DNA of 64,000 nucleotides from Octopus sinensis (Eukaryota): NCBI RefSeq assembly GCF_006345805.1, contig NC_043001.1, positions 42,966,001 to 43,030,000 of the forward strand, read 5' to 3'. Shown piece by piece: positions 62,932 to 64,000 of this stretch (position 1 is its first letter; each line of letters starts with the position of its first letter). The notes under the pieces were generated by a model. It saw only the letters and a program-made list of their open reading frames with translations, ran no database searches and was not told where the DNA came from. The position numbers and the translations under genes were made by a program.

Positions 62932-64000
62932 CACACACACACACACACTTGAATACACCCACTTGAATACACCCACTTTTTAGAATCCAAAGGCTGAAAT
63001 TGTTTCCAGCACTGAATAGGCATAATAATAGCATGTCTGAATTCCAAAGAAAACTATTCATAAATAATCTCAAATATTCTTAAGGTGATTATAATAGGAT
63101 TCAGATGAAATCCTGATATTTAATGGATATTCAGTTGAATAGTGCCAGTTAATAAGTATTTAATACAACCAAAATTATTATTTTTGTCCTCATCATTGTC
63201 CTTGTCACCATTGTCATCATCATCATCATCATTCTTATCATTATCATCATCATCATCACTACTACTTCTGAAACTTACATCATGCTGCGCTTGAAAGACC
63301 AAAATTGAAACATGTGCAACATCATATTTTTATCTGCAAATTTTCATTTCATCTCTTTCTGTCTCAATCATGCTCTCTCTTTCTATATATATGTGTGTGT
63401 GTGTGTGTATCATCATCATCATTTAACATCCCCTTTCCATGCTGGCATGGGTTGCACAGTTTGACTGAGGGCTGGCAAGCCAGAAGGATGCACCAGGCTC
63501 CAACCTGATCTAGCAAAGTTTCTACAGCTGGATGCCTTTCCTAACGCCAACCACTTTGAGAGTGTAGTGGTTGCTTTTTATGTGCCACCGGCTAGAGGGC
63601 TAGTCAGGTGGTACTGGCATCAACCATGCTTGAATGGTGCTTTTTATGTACCACCAGCACAGGAGTCAGTCAGGTGGCACTGGCAATGACCACACTGAAA
63701 TGGTGCTTTTTACTTGCCATTGGCATGGGACTAGTCAGCCAGCACTGGTATCAACCATGCTCGAATGGTGCTTATATTATAATTGAGGCTATTCAGGATA
63801 CCACCACGAATAGCCTGACTCCAAAACCACATCAAGTACTTGACATAGTCTTGGAGCCAGGATTTGGCTGCCATCACGAGTATGATGGTATCTTGGATAA
63901 CCTCAATTGTAATTTCAATAATAATTATTACCGATAAGGTTTTTCTTCCCATGCTGGCCACTTGATTTGATCGTTATTTTGAATAACGGTCTTATCCTTT

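Overview
AT-rich, repeat-dense animal DNA. The SINE, RTE and Penelope repertoire and the very abundant (TA)n/(CA)n microsatellites suggest an octopus genome (inference). Most ORFs in the track are noise or transposon relics: RTE, CR1, R4/Dong-like, Tx1, Gypsy, Penelope, Tc1/mariner, and hAT and piggyBac MITEs. Hidden among them is a minus-strand tandem family of small secreted prepropeptide genes that I do not recognise. The gene plan is a TATA/Inr promoter with a non-coding exon 1, then an intron, then one coding exon. One copy is intact (CDS 25472-25209, 87 aa: signal peptide, pro-region, RIRR furin-type site, 26-aa C-terminal peptide). Four coding exons are disabled (ATG at 12014, 14663, 38912 and 46836). 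There are three promoter/exon-1 modules (about 343-620, 29410-29730 and 48262-48550); the first implies the cluster continues past the left edge. Signal peptide, promoter and 3' UTR are conserved while the C-terminal peptide is highly divergent, the pattern typical of toxin or defence-peptide families. Several Penelope-type minimal hammerhead ribozymes and fold-back palindromes are also present. All alignments were done by eye, and most repeat boundaries are approximate.
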